The notes under the pieces were generated by a model. The model was not told the origin of the DNA. It saw nothing but the letters and a program-made list of their open reading frames with translations, and ran no database searches. Made by a program: the position numbers and the translations under genes. A stretch of DNA of 64,000 bases from Myxococcota bacterium. GTDB taxonomy: Bacteria > Myxococcota_A > Polyangia > Polyangiales > Ga0077539. Positions 40,161 to 48,757 of this stretch are shown here, piece by piece; the first letter of the stretch is position 1, and each line of letters starts with the position of its first letter. The stretch lies in the NCBI GenBank assembly GCA_052035985.1, contig JBPOHC010000366.1, positions 1-64,000 of the forward strand, in the 5' to 3' direction.

Positions 40161-41062
40161 GGGTGCTGCTCACAGGCGCGACGGGCTTCGTGGGCTCGGC
40201 CCTCGCGCGACGGCTCGTCCACGAGGGCCACGAGCTCCACTGCGTCGTGCGACCGGGCGACGACACGACGCGCATCGCCGACGTGCTCCCTCGCTGCGGT
40301 GTGCTCACGTACGACCTCGGCGACGCCGCGCTCCTCGACGCGGTCGCCGCGCTGCGCCCCGAGGGGAGCGTCCACGCGGCGTGGTACGCGGAGCCCGGCA
40401 AGTACCTCGCGTCGCGAGAGAACCTGCGCCTCGTCGACCTCACGCACCGCCTCGCGGTCGCCCTCGCCGACGCGGGCTGCAAGCGCCTCGTGGGCGTCGG
40501 GACGTGCTTCGAATACGACACCGACACTGGTTACCTCTCAGAGACCTCTCCCACGGCGCCGAGGCACCTCTACAGCGCGTGCAAGCTGGGCCTGTCGCAC
40601 TCGCTCGCGCAGCTCGGCGCGCTCACGGGGATGCAGGTCGCGTGGGCGCGGCTCTTCTACCTCTACGGCCCGTGGGAAGACCGCCGTCGGCTCGTCTCGT
40701 CGGTCATCACCTCGACGCTCGAAGGCCGCCCCGCGCGCTGCACCGAGGGGACGCAGGTGAGAGACTTTCTCCACACCGACGACGTCGCCTCGGCGCTCGC
40801 CGCGGTGCTCGCGAGCGACCTGACAGGAAACGTCAACGTGGGCTCGGGCGCGCCCGTCACGGTGCGCGACGTGGTGACCACGATCGGAACGCTCGCGGGA
40901 CGTCCCGAGCTCATCGAGCTCGGCGCGCTGCCGATGAATCCCGCGGATCCGTCCTTCGTGTGCGCCAACAACCGACGGCTCTTGAGCACCGGATGGCGCC
41001 CCGCGCACACGCTCTCGTCGGGCCTCGCCGACACCCTCGCGTGGTGGCGCGCTCGCCTGTAG
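40157..41062 (+). CDS. NAD-dependent epimerase/dehydratase (extended SDR), probable sugar-nucleotide reductase
   Basis: MRVLLTGATGFVGSALARRL Rossmann motif. ATGA overlap with rmlC-like gene. Confidence 0.75.
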   Translation: MRVLLTGATGFVGSALARRLVHEGHELHCVVRPGDDTTRIADVLPRCGVLTYDLGDAALLDAVAALRPEGSVHAAWYAEPGKYLASRENLRLVDLTHRLAVALADAGCKRLVGVGTCFEYDTDTGYLSETSPTAPRHLYSACKLGLSHSLAQLGALTGMQVAWARLFYLYGPWEDRRRLVSSVITSTLEGRPARCTEGTQVRDFLHTDDVASALAAVLASDLTGNVNVGSGAPVTVRDVVTTIGTLAGRPELIELGALPMNPADPSFVCANNRRLLSTGWRPAHTLSSGLADTLAWWRARL

Positions 41063-43294
41063 TCACCGCGCCGGCTGGAGCGCGTGCTCGTGTAGAGGAA
41101 CGGTCTCCCTCGCGCAGTTGGCGAAGTTGCGCTTGCAGCGCGCGCGAAGGCCCGGCAGCGCGTCGGGGAGGCGGAAGCGATCCCACGCGGCGCGCGCGAC
41201 GGCGGCTTGATCGTGTGCCCCGAGGGCGTCGAGCTCGAGCGCCTCGAGGTTGAGGAGCTGCGCGCGCTCGGGATCGATGGCGAGCCCCGCGGTGATGACC
41301 GTGAGCGCCTCACGATGACGTCCCGCGATGCCGAGGCTGTTGGCGTACATCTCCGCGAGTCGCACGTTGCCCGGCGCCGCGCGGTAGGCCGCGCCGAGGG
41401 GCGCGACGGTCTCGGCCCAGCGCCACACGTCGGAGCCCGCCACACCACGGAGATACGGGATCGACGGCGCGCCCGGTGCTCTGCGCTCGGCCTCGTCGAG
41501 CCAGCGGTAGGCGTCGTCGGTGCGGCCCTCGCGGATCGAGAGACGAGCGCGCTCGACGTAGGGCTCCGCGCGATCGGGCGCGAGCGCAATGGCCTCTTCG
41601 AGGCTGTGAAGGCCCTGGTCGACGCGCTCCTGGAGGTTCCACTCGACGAGCGCGCGGCCGTGGTCGTACCAGCGTCGCCACGGCGCAGAGAGCGCAGCGG
41701 AGAGCGCGGGCGTTCGCTGCAACGACGTCGCGACGCCCGGCGTCGCAGTCACCGAAGAGACGACCGTGACGGGCCAGCGATCGGGGCAGGCGTGTCCCTG
41801 ATCGGCCACGGCGGTGCGACACACCGAGCCCACGAAGGGGTTGCCGAGACGTCGGTGCAGCAGCCGCGCGGTGACCGTGTACGGCCCCGCGAAGGACGCG
41901 CCCGAGGGCACGCGCCACGTGTAACGCACCACGCGCGAAGCCCGAGGAGGGATCGTCGTGTCGTACGCGACGGCCCTATAGCGATGGGGATCGCGCAGAA
42001 GGGCGGGCGCTCCCTGATCGTCGACGGGGCGCAGCTCGAGGCGGTGCGCGTCGTCGCGGAGTGGACCGGGATCAGTCGCAGTGACGGCGCCGCTCTGGGC
42101 CACGACGACGCCTCGCGCGTTCCGCACGACGAGCTCGACCCACGTGTCTGCGACGTCGGCGGTGCCCGAAGGAAAGCGGTGTCCGACGCGCTCGTTGACC
42201 ATCACCACATCGAGCGCGAGAGACTCTCCCGGCGTGAGCGCGCGCGCTTCGACGGGCTCTCCGTCGGTCACGCGGCTGCCCTGCACCGTGGGCGCGCGGA
42301 ACAGGTCGAGTCGCACCGCGCCCTCGAGCGCGCGCTGCTCGGCCGAGAGCATCTCCGCGGAGCCGACCCATGCGGCGAGGGCCGTGTGTCCTCCCGCGAA
42401 GCGGTGCGAGCGCACGGTGCCGTTGCGGGCCGAGCGATCGCCGAGGGGCGCGGCCTCGCGGGGCATGTGGCAGTCCTGACAGACGCGCCGCTCGACGTCG
42501 GGGTCGTGGCGCTCGACCTCGTTGCCCGCGTAGGCGCTCTGCTCCCAGGGGTCGAACTCGTTCTGACCGCGGAGCCACCCCGCGCCGTTGATGTTCTCGG
42601 TGATGCCGACCTTGTGGCAGCTCGCGCAGAACTCCGCGGTGCGCAGCAGCGGACGTGTGAGCCTCGCGCGGTGTCGGGCGACGGCGTCGCGGTCTTCGCG
42701 CTCTCGCGGCGGGTACGTCACGGCGTCGGGCGAGACGACGTAGTTGCCGTTGCCCGTGCGGTCATGAATGCGCTCGATGGAGTGACAGAGCAGGCATCCG
42801 ACGCCCACCGCGGCGCGCTCGTGGGAGCGATCGACGGTGGCCTGATCGAGGTCGCCCGCGAAGAGGAGCGCGGGGTCGTGACAGGCGCCGCACCAGCGTC
42901 CGGCGGCGGTGCCTCGGGCCTCGCGCGCGGCTCGAAACGCAGGGAAATAGAAGGGGTTGTCGAGCGACGAGAAGCGGTGCGCGGATTGAGACCACTGGGC
43001 GAAGATGTCGGCGTGGCAGACCGAGCAGCGGTCGATGGCAGAGAGCGCGTCGCCGGGGAGCGTCCCGTGGTCTCGCACCGAGGCCGCAGAGGGCGCGTAG
43101 TCCGTCGCGGGCGGTGAAGGGACCACGGCGTCGAGCGAGACCTCCGCGGGCGCCGCGTCTCTCACGTCGGCGGCGACGCTCGCGTCGAGGCGCGAGGGGA
43201 CGCTGGGGTGCTCGGAGCCGCCACACGCGACGGTGAGGGCTGTGAGGGCGAGCGCTGCGGTCAACGCGCGCAGTCGGACGTTCAACGCGATCAT
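41063..43294 (-). CDS. multiheme cytochrome c family protein (5 CxxCH) with C-terminal TPR repeats; alternative start 43339
   Basis: Signal peptide MIALNVRLRALTAALALTALTVACGG. CSVCH, CGACH, CLLCH, CASCH, CQDCH motifs. TPR-like C-terminus. Upstream part of track ORF 41063..44776 is antisense to dctA. Confidence 0.75.
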   Translation of the reverse strand: MIALNVRLRALTAALALTALTVACGGSEHPSVPSRLDASVAADVRDAAPAEVSLDAVVPSPPATDYAPSAASVRDHGTLPGDALSAIDRCSVCHADIFAQWSQSAHRFSSLDNPFYFPAFRAAREARGTAAGRWCGACHDPALLFAGDLDQATVDRSHERAAVGVGCLLCHSIERIHDRTGNGNYVVSPDAVTYPPREREDRDAVARHRARLTRPLLRTAEFCASCHKVGITENINGAGWLRGQNEFDPWEQSAYAGNEVERHDPDVERRVCQDCHMPREAAPLGDRSARNGTVRSHRFAGGHTALAAWVGSAEMLSAEQRALEGAVRLDLFRAPTVQGSRVTDGEPVEARALTPGESLALDVVMVNERVGHRFPSGTADVADTWVELVVRNARGVVVAQSGAVTATDPGPLRDDAHRLELRPVDDQGAPALLRDPHRYRAVAYDTTIPPRASRVVRYTWRVPSGASFAGPYTVTARLLHRRLGNPFVGSVCRTAVADQGHACPDRWPVTVVSSVTATPGVATSLQRTPALSAALSAPWRRWYDHGRALVEWNLQERVDQGLHSLEEAIALAPDRAEPYVERARLSIREGRTDDAYRWLDEAERRAPGAPSIPYLRGVAGSDVWRWAETVAPLGAAYRAAPGNVRLAEMYANSLGIAGRHREALTVITAGLAIDPERAQLLNLEALELDALGAHDQAAVARAAWDRFRLPDALPGLRARCKRNFANCARETVPLHEHALQPAR

Positions 43295-43374
43295 GGTGTG
43301 CGGTGATCTCCCGGTGCGTGTCTCTCGCGGGCGGATCATAGACGCGTCGAGGGCGCGAGGTGTTGGGCGAGTTC

Positions 43375-44673
43375 TCACACGGGCGAGTCGGTGGTCGGAG
43401 CCTTCGCCTCGTCGAGACCTTCGAGCGTGCGCATGGCCTTCTCGCGGTCGAACTCCCCCTCCCAGCGAGAGACCACCACCGCGGCGACGCCGTTGCCGAT
43501 GAGGTTCGTGATCGCGCGGGCCTCTGACATGAAGCGGTCGACGCCGAGGAGCAGCGTGATGCCCGCCACGGGGATGCGCCCCGTCGAGGCCAGCGTGGCC
43601 GCGAGGGTGATGAAGCCTCCGCCCGTCACGGCCGCGGCGCCCTTCGAGGTCACCAGCAGCACGCCGAGGATCGAGAGTTCTTCGCCGAGCGAGAGATGCA
43701 CGTCGGTGGCCTGCGCGACGAACATCGCGGCCATCGTGAGGTAGATCGACGTGCCGTCGAGGTTGAACGAGTAGCCCGTCGGAATGACCATCCCCACGAC
43801 GGAGCGCGGGCACCCGAGGGCCTCCATGCGAGAGATCATGCGGGGCAGCGCCGACTCGCTCGAGCTCGTGCCGAGCACCACGAGGATCTCCTCGGAGATG
43901 TACCGGAGAAAGGCCGTGATGCGCAGCCCCGAGGCCGCGCGCAGAATGCCCCCGAGCACGATGAAGATGAAGAGCGCGCTGGTGATGTAGAACGCCGCCA
44001 TGAGCCGCCCGAGGCTCACGAGCGTGTGCACGCCGTACTTGCCCACGGTGAAGCCCATCGCGCCGAAGGCTCCGATGGGAGCCGCGCGCATCACGATCCC
44101 CACGACGCCGAAGAGGGCCTGGCCGAGCCGGTCGATCCAGTGCACGAGCTCGCGCCCGCGGTCTCCCATCGCAGAGAGCGCGAAGCCGAAGAGCACCGAG
44201 AACACGAGCACCTGGAGGATCTCTCCCTTCGCGAAGGCCTCGGCCACGTTCGAGGGGATCATGTTGAGGATGAACTCGCTGGTCTTGAGCTGGTGCGCCG
44301 CGCCCGTGAAGCCCTCGATGGCGTGCGCGTCGAGCGTGCGCGGGTCCGCGTGGATGCCCGCGCCCGGGCGCAGCACCTTCACCACGACGAGCCCGATGAA
44401 GAGCGCGAAGGTGGTCACCACTTCGAAGTAGAGCAGGGCCTTGGCCCCCACGCGGCCGACCTTCTTCATGTCGCCCATGCCCGCGATGCCCACGACCACC
44501 GTCGAGAACACGATGGGCGCGATCACCATGCGAATGAGCCTGATGAAGCCCTCGCCGAGCGGCTTGAGCGACTCGCCCCAGTGCGGCTTCACGTGCCCGA
44601 GCACGGCCCCGAGCACGATCGCGACGAGCACCTGGAGGTAGAGGCTCTGGTACCACCTGCGAGGGGCGTTCAT
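43375..44673 (-). CDS. dctA: C4-dicarboxylate transporter DctA (Na+/H+ dicarboxylate symporter family)
   Basis: [27 protein letters not shown] start typical of DctA. 432 aa polytopic membrane protein. Confidence 0.85.
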   Translation of the reverse strand: MNAPRRWYQSLYLQVLVAIVLGAVLGHVKPHWGESLKPLGEGFIRLIRMVIAPIVFSTVVVGIAGMGDMKKVGRVGAKALLYFEVVTTFALFIGLVVVKVLRPGAGIHADPRTLDAHAIEGFTGAAHQLKTSEFILNMIPSNVAEAFAKGEILQVLVFSVLFGFALSAMGDRGRELVHWIDRLGQALFGVVGIVMRAAPIGAFGAMGFTVGKYGVHTLVSLGRLMAAFYITSALFIFIVLGGILRAASGLRITAFLRYISEEILVVLGTSSSESALPRMISRMEALGCPRSVVGMVIPTGYSFNLDGTSIYLTMAAMFVAQATDVHLSLGEELSILGVLLVTSKGAAAVTGGGFITLAATLASTGRIPVAGITLLLGVDRFMSEARAITNLIGNGVAAVVVSRWEGEFDREKAMRTLEGLDEAKAPTTDSPV

Positions 44674-44817
44674 GGCGTCGACGATCGACGAGCCGAGGCG
44701 CCCGCCGCAAGCGCGCAGATCGACGGAAACATCGCGGCGAAGAATCGCGTTTGTATTCTCCGATGGCTGAGAACAAAGGCCCGGCAGCGAAAAAGAAGAA
44801 TCACGAAAGAAATTATC

Positions 44818-44855
44818 AAAACATTCTTGACAGAGTGGCGTCAGTACCCCTAGAG
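44818..44855 (+). promoter_or_regulatory. sigma-70-like promoter (TTGACA-N17-TAGAGT) in AT-rich segment
   Basis: cattcTTGACAgagtggcgtcagtacccCTAGAGTgc inside a locally AT-rich stretch (44740-44850) of an otherwise ~70% GC window. No obvious downstream CDS. Confidence 0.35.
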
Positions 44856-45628
44856 TGCACATCACCAACGGCGCTCACGAAGAGCGAGCGGTTGCTCTCG
44901 GGTGTTTTCACCCCGGGGCCCCCCTTCTCGACGAGAGCGCGGCGGTGGTAAGGGTTGAGGCGCACACAGCGTGCGACGACCCGAAGTCCGTCACATGACG
45001 GGCTCACAAAAAGACACGCAGCGACACCCCCAGACACGACCATGACGAACTTCCTGACCGATCTCAGCAACACCGCGAAGCGCGACCGCGCCGCGCGACC
45101 CTTCGGGGCCGCCGTCGACGTCGCCGCCACGCAGGTGTGCGGTCGCCAGGATCGTCGCCCCGAAGGTACGGGGAATCATCGTCGCGTCGCGGGACAGAAG
45201 CCGCGGCAGTTCAGCGGAGCAGGACCATGAGGTGAAGAGCCTCCATCGGTCCAACGGTCTCGAAAGAAGGCCGGCTCCGCCCCCGAAGGCAGAGTCGGCC
45301 TTCTCGTTTTCTGGGTCCTGAGAGACGGACCACCGAGAGGCACCCCGAGCGGCGAAGCGAGCGCTCGGGCGACGATGCGAGAAGCGGGGCGAAGGCGATC
45401 GACAGGGCGCTCACGAAGCGACGCGATCAACTCCTCCGACGGTCGACGGGGACGCGAAGCACAGACCCGCGGGCAAGGGCCCGACGGTGCCCGGGAGAGG
45501 TGTATCTTCAAATCTAATAGATTGAAAATGAACGTCGAAACAAATGGCTGAAACAAACGAAGTAGATCGACGTTCAAACAGATAGATACGACGCGGCAGG
45601 GGAAACAAACCGCGAAGTAACGCAGCAC

Positions 45629-45702
45629 GGATCCGGAACCTCGAGAGGCAGAGGCGGCGGCTCTTACCCGTCGACGTGAGGGTTCAAGTCCCTTCGGATC
45701 TA
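45629..45702 (+). tRNA. tRNA-like, anticodon CTT (Lys) by manual fold
   Basis: Acceptor ggatccg/cggatct. Anticodon stem ggcgg/ccgtc, loop ctCTTac. T-arm gaggg-ttcaagt-ccctt. CCA encoded at 45703-05. D-region irregular. Confidence 0.4.
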
Positions 45703-45760
45703 CCAACCGCACCGCGCAGCGCGCGCTGCGGGCAACGCCTGGCACGAGGGTGTTGCGAAT

Positions 45761-45831
45761 TGCCCGATGGTCCAATGGCAAGATGGCCGGCTCTGAACTG
45801 GTTGATCCTGGTTCGAATCCAGGTCGGGCAA
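45761..45831 (+). tRNA. tRNA-Gln(CTG)-like
   Basis: Perfect acceptor tgcccga/tcgggca. U8. Anticodon loop ctCTGaa. T-arm cctgg-ttcgaat-ccagg. Weak D-stem. Confidence 0.5.
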
Positions 45832-45969
45832 CCGTCTGGCGGAGGGGGACACGTCCCCGCCACTCCGCGGATCTCTGACAACACGGGGTTGATGAGCGTC
45901 AGGCGCGACACCATGCGCGCCGCGACGCGAACGAAGGCGCCCTCCGCCACGATGAGGGAGGGCGCGCAC

Positions 45970-46042
45970 TGCGGGGTAGCTCAAAGGTAGAGCGGTCGGC
46001 TGTTAACCGGCGTCCGTGTGGGTTCGATTCCCTCCCTCGCAG
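45970..46042 (+). tRNA. tRNA-Asn(GTT)
   Basis: D-arm gctc-aaaggta-gagc. Anticodon stem gtcgg/ccggc, loop ctGTTaa. T-loop ttcgatt. 3' CCA encoded. Confidence 0.6.
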
Positions 46043-46053
46043 CCATCGTGAAC

Positions 46054-46124
46054 GGGGCCATCGTCCAAGGGGAAGATGTCTGCATGGCATGCAGGAGATG
46101 AGGGTTCGACTCCCTCTGGTTCCA
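46054..46124 (+). tRNA. tRNA-Ala(GGC)-like
   Basis: Acceptor ggggcca/tggttcc (2 G-U). Anticodon stem tctgc/gcagg, loop atGGCat. Perfect T-arm gaggg-ttcgact-ccctc. D-arm degenerate. Confidence 0.45.
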
Positions 46125-46140
46125 CTGTTTGATTCGCTTC

Positions 46141-46213
46141 GCCCATCGAGGCTGTCGGAAGAAACCGTCGGGCTACGAACTCGAAGTGCGTGGTTCAACT
46201 CCACGGATGGGCG
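46141..46213 (+). tRNA. tRNA-Arg(ACG)
   Basis: Perfect acceptor gcccatc/gatgggc. Anticodon stem tcggg/ctcga, loop ctACGaa. T-arm cgtgg-ttcaact-ccacg. CCA encoded. Confidence 0.6.
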
Positions 46214-46220
46214 CCAGTAT

Positions 46221-46293
46221 CAGCGTGTAGCTCAGTCAGAAGAGCGCCTGCTTCGGGAGCAGGAGGCCGCGGGGGCAGGTCCCGCCTCGCTGA
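46221..46293 (+). tRNA. tRNA-Pro(CGG)-like with non-canonical T-loop
   Basis: Canonical D-arm tagctcagtcagaagagc. Anticodon stem cctgc/gcagg, loop ttCGGga (G37). T-stem gcggg/cccgc but T-loop ggcaggt lacks TTC. Confidence 0.45.
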
Positions 46294-46324
46294 CCGCGTC
46301 GCAAGACGCTTCGCCTCGCATCAC

Positions 46325-46397
46325 GGCCCTGTCGTCTAGAGGTTCAAGATCGCTGGCCCTCAACCAGCAGAGGCGGGTTCGAGTCCCGTCAGGGTCG
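46325..46397 (+). tRNA. tRNA-Glu(CTC)-like
   Basis: Acceptor ggccctg/cagggtc. Anticodon stem gctgg/ccagc, loop ccCTCaa (C at 33). T-arm gcggg-ttcgagt-cccgt. Confidence 0.5.
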
Positions 46398-46410
46398 CCG
46401 TTTCAGCATC

Positions 46411-46483
46411 GCGGACGTAGTGTTCAACAGCAGCACATCGCGGCCCCATCGCGAGAGCTCGGGTGCAAATCCCGACGTCCGCA
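46411..46483 (+). tRNA. tRNA-Gly(CCC)-like
   Basis: Perfect acceptor gcggacg/cgtccgc. Anticodon stem tcgcg/cgcga, loop gcCCCat. T-arm tcggg-tgcaaat-cccga. Confidence 0.5.
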
Positions 46484-46534
46484 CCGGAGCGCGCACGCGG
46501 CGCCGTCCAAGCCGAGCGTTGCGCATTCCATCAA

Positions 46535-46606
46535 GGTCCCGTCGTTCAACGGATAGGACAGCCGATTGTCGATCGGCCAACGCGGGTTCGATTCCCGTCG
46601 GGACCG
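46535..46606 (+). tRNA. tRNA-Asp(GTC)
   Basis: Acceptor ggtcccg/cgggacc. D-arm gttc-aacggata-ggac. Anticodon stem gccga/tcggc, loop ttGTCga. T-arm gcggg-ttcgatt-cccgt. Confidence 0.7.
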
Positions 46607-46622
46607 CCTTCTGTCTCTCTCT

Positions 46623-46695
46623 GCCCATCGAGGCTGTCGGAAGAAACCATCGGGTGGCGAACCCGAAATGCGTGGTTCAACTCCACGGATGGGCG
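46623..46695 (+). tRNA. tRNA-like Arg paralogue with aberrant anticodon loop (possible pseudo-tRNA)
   Basis: Near-identical to 46141..46213 in acceptor, D- and T-arms, but anticodon loop is tgGCGaa (G at position 33). Confidence 0.35.
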
Positions 46696-46713
46696 CTCTC
46701 TGCCTCTCGCCTC

Positions 46714-46786
46714 GACCCTGTCATCTAACGGCTCAGGATGCCTGGTTCTCAGCCAGATCATACGGGTTCGAATCCCGTCAGGGTCG
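46714..46786 (+). tRNA. tRNA-Glu(CTC)
   Basis: Perfect acceptor gaccctg/cagggtc. Anticodon loop ttCTCag with U33. T-arm acggg-ttcgaat-cccgt. Confidence 0.6.
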
Positions 46787-46802
46787 CCGCCTCACCGCCT
46801 CT

Positions 46803-46875
46803 GCGGACGTAGTGTTCAACAGCAGCACCTCACAGTGCCATCGTGAGAGATCGGGTGCAAATCCCGACGCCCGCA
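46803..46875 (+). tRNA. tRNA-Gly(GCC)
   Basis: Paralogue of 46411..46483. Anticodon stem tcaca/cgtga (4 bp), loop gtGCCat (U33, A37). T-arm tcggg-tgcaaat-cccga. Confidence 0.6.
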
Positions 46876-46893
46876 CCGCTTCTGCGCCTCTCT

Positions 46894-46966
46894 GGTCCTG
46901 TCGTTCAGTGGTCTAGGACGGCCGATTGTCGATCGGTCAACGCGGGTTCGATTCCCGTCGGGACCG
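46894..46966 (+). tRNA. tRNA-Asp(GTC), second copy
   Basis: Paralogue of 46535..46606. Anticodon stem gccga/tcggt, loop ttGTCga. Identical 3' flank cgccttctgtc. Confidence 0.65.
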
Positions 46967-46986
46967 CCTTCTGTCACTGCCTTCTT

Positions 46987-47055
46987 CGTGGTCCGATCAG
47001 CATCGAGCCCTGTCTTACAAACAAGGCGAACCGGGGGCGGCACCCGGGGCCACGA
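46987..47055 (+). tRNA. tRNA-like, anticodon TAC (Val), reduced D-arm, non-canonical T-loop
   Basis: Acceptor cgtggtc/ggccacg. Anticodon loop ctTACaa. T-stem ccggg/cccgg with loop ggcggca. CCA encoded at 47056-58. Only 69 nt. Confidence 0.3.
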
Positions 47056-47059
47056 CCAT

Positions 47060-47132
47060 CAGTGTGTAGCTCAGCCAGGAGAGCGCCGGTTCGGGGGACC
47101 GGAGGCCGCGGGGGCGGAACCCGCCACACTGA
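47060..47132 (+). tRNA. tRNA-Pro(GGG)-like with non-canonical T-loop
   Basis: Perfect acceptor cagtgtg/cacactg. D-arm gctc-agccagga-gagc. Anticodon stem ccggt/accgg, loop tcGGGgg. T-loop ggcggaa. CCA encoded. Confidence 0.45.
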
Positions 47133-47145
47133 CCACTCTCCTCAT

Positions 47146-47216
47146 GGGGCGGTAGTTCAACGGTAGAACGCCTGACTGTGGCCCAGGCAATATGGGTTCG
47201 ATTCCCGTCCGTCCCT
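47146..47216 (+). tRNA. tRNA-His(GTG)-like
   Basis: Acceptor ggggcgg/ccgtccc. Perfect D-arm gttc-aacggta-gaac. Anticodon loop ctGTGgc. T-arm atggg-ttcgatt-cccgt. Confidence 0.5.
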
Positions 47217-47246
47217 CTGTTTTCAAAGCACTTCACAGCCTCTCAT

Positions 47247-47319
47247 GGCCCTGTCGTCTAATGGTAGAAGATCGCGGATTTTCACCCCGCGGACACGGGT
47301 TCGATTCCCGTCAGGGCTG
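47247..47319 (+). tRNA. tRNA-Glu(TTC)
   Basis: Acceptor ggccctg/cagggct. Anticodon loop ttTTCac (canonical Glu loop). T-arm acggg-ttcgatt-cccgt. CCA encoded at 47320-22. Confidence 0.65.
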
Positions 47320-47332
47320 CCATGAATCGCTT

Positions 47333-47403
47333 GCGGGTATGGTGTAGCAGCAGCACCGGTGGCCTCCGCCCACCATGCGCGGGTGCGAATCCCGCTGCCC
47401 GCT
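47333..47403 (+). tRNA. tRNA-Gly(TCC)-like
   Basis: Acceptor gcgggta/tgcccgc. Perfect anticodon stem ggtgg/ccacc, loop ccTCCgc. T-arm gcggg-tgcgaat-cccgc. Confidence 0.5.
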
Positions 47404-47517
47404 CCGTCTGATCGTCGACCCCGTCATCACGCCGCCCCCAATTCGTAGATAGCGACGTACCCGTCTCGTACACGGGCCAGTGCCGTGCAAGTCGGCATGG
47501 GGGCTCTACGTCACCGC

Positions 47518-48666
47518 TCAGCCCATCGCGCGCAGACGCCGCGCGGCCTCTTCGAGCACGTCGTCGTCCTTCGCGAAGCAGAAGCGCAGCAGCGTCTCGC
47601 CCACGGGGTCACGGTAGAAGCTCGCACCCGACACGCTCGCGATCTTCGCCCGATCAAGCAGGACGAAGGCCGCCTCGCGCGCCGTCTTGCGTTCGAAGCG
47701 CCGCGCGTCGGCCAGCACGTAGTACGCGCCCGCGGGCACATACGGGGTCAGGCCCGCGTCGGCGAGCGCGCTGCACAGGACGTCGCGCTTCTTCTGGTAG
47801 CTCGCGCCGAGCCCGCGAAAGTACGCGTCGGGCATCGCGAGCCCCTCGGCGCACGCGTGCTGGAGCGGCGTCGGCGCGCACACATACAAGAGGTCGTGCG
47901 CCACCGCGATGCGCCGCGCGGCCTCGGGGGGAGCGATCGCGTAGCCCACGCGCCAGCCCGTCACCGAGAAGGTCTTCGAGCAGCCCGAGAGCGTGATCGC
48001 GCGGTCGCGCATCCCAGGGCGCGTGGCCAGCGGGACGTGCTTCGCGCCCTCGTACACGATGTGCTCGTAGATCTCGTCGGTGATCACCACGAGGTCTCGC
48101 GCGTGGGCGAGCGCGCCGAGGGCGTCGAGCTCCGCGGGCGTCCACACCTTGCCGTGCGGATTGCCCGGGGTGCACACCACGATCGCGCGCGTGCGCTCGG
48201 TGACGGCGCTCGCGAGCGCGTCGAAGTCGACCTCCCACGTCGGCGGACGAAGCGGGACGAGCACCGGGCGCATCCCGAGACCCACCACCGTGTTGTAGTG
48301 ATAGCCGTAGTAGGGCTCGAAGAGGATCACCTCGTCGCCCGGGTCGAGGAGCGCCAGGCACGCCGCGGCGAAGCCTCCCGTCGCGCCGAGCGTGACCACC
48401 ACCTCGGAGCCCGGGTCGACCGCGAGCCCATAGTCTCGATCGACGCGCTTCGCGATGGCCTCCCTCAACGCGGGGACGCCCTCGGGCGGCGCGTACACGG
48501 CCTTGCCTGCGTCGATGGCCGCGTGCGCCGCGAGGGCCACGGGCGCGGGCGTCGGGAGATCGCAGACGCCTTGACCGAGGTTGATTCCGCCGACCGCGTC
48601 GCAGGCGCGCGTCATGGCGCGGATGTCGGAGACGGCTGCGTTGGCGAGGCGTGATCCGATGCGCAT
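47518..48666 (-). CDS. pyridoxal-phosphate-dependent aminotransferase, class I/II (AspC/YbdL-like)
   Basis: 382 aa. ...GINLGQGVCDLP...ITDEIYEHIVYEG...SKTFSVTGWRVGY (Lys-containing PLP motif SxSK). Overlapping ORFs on both strands are GC artefacts. Confidence 0.85.
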   Translation of the reverse strand: MRIGSRLANAAVSDIRAMTRACDAVGGINLGQGVCDLPTPAPVALAAHAAIDAGKAVYAPPEGVPALREAIAKRVDRDYGLAVDPGSEVVVTLGATGGFAAACLALLDPGDEVILFEPYYGYHYNTVVGLGMRPVLVPLRPPTWEVDFDALASAVTERTRAIVVCTPGNPHGKVWTPAELDALGALAHARDLVVITDEIYEHIVYEGAKHVPLATRPGMRDRAITLSGCSKTFSVTGWRVGYAIAPPEAARRIAVAHDLLYVCAPTPLQHACAEGLAMPDAYFRGLGASYQKKRDVLCSALADAGLTPYVPAGAYYVLADARRFERKTAREAAFVLLDRAKIASVSGASFYRDPVGETLLRFCFAKDDDVLEEAARRLRAMG

Positions 48667-48757
48667 AGGCGGCGGAGTCTATCGAAACCTTCGCCGCGAA
48701 GGCCACGCGCGATTCGTCGAGGCATCTCTTCGCAGGGGCCGCGAGAGTGCTGATACG

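Noticed and set aside
41063-44776. 1237-aa minus-strand ORF
   Set aside because: Only the downstream 2.2 kb encodes the multiheme cytochrome (signal peptide at 43294 or 43339). Upstream portion overlaps dctA in another frame.
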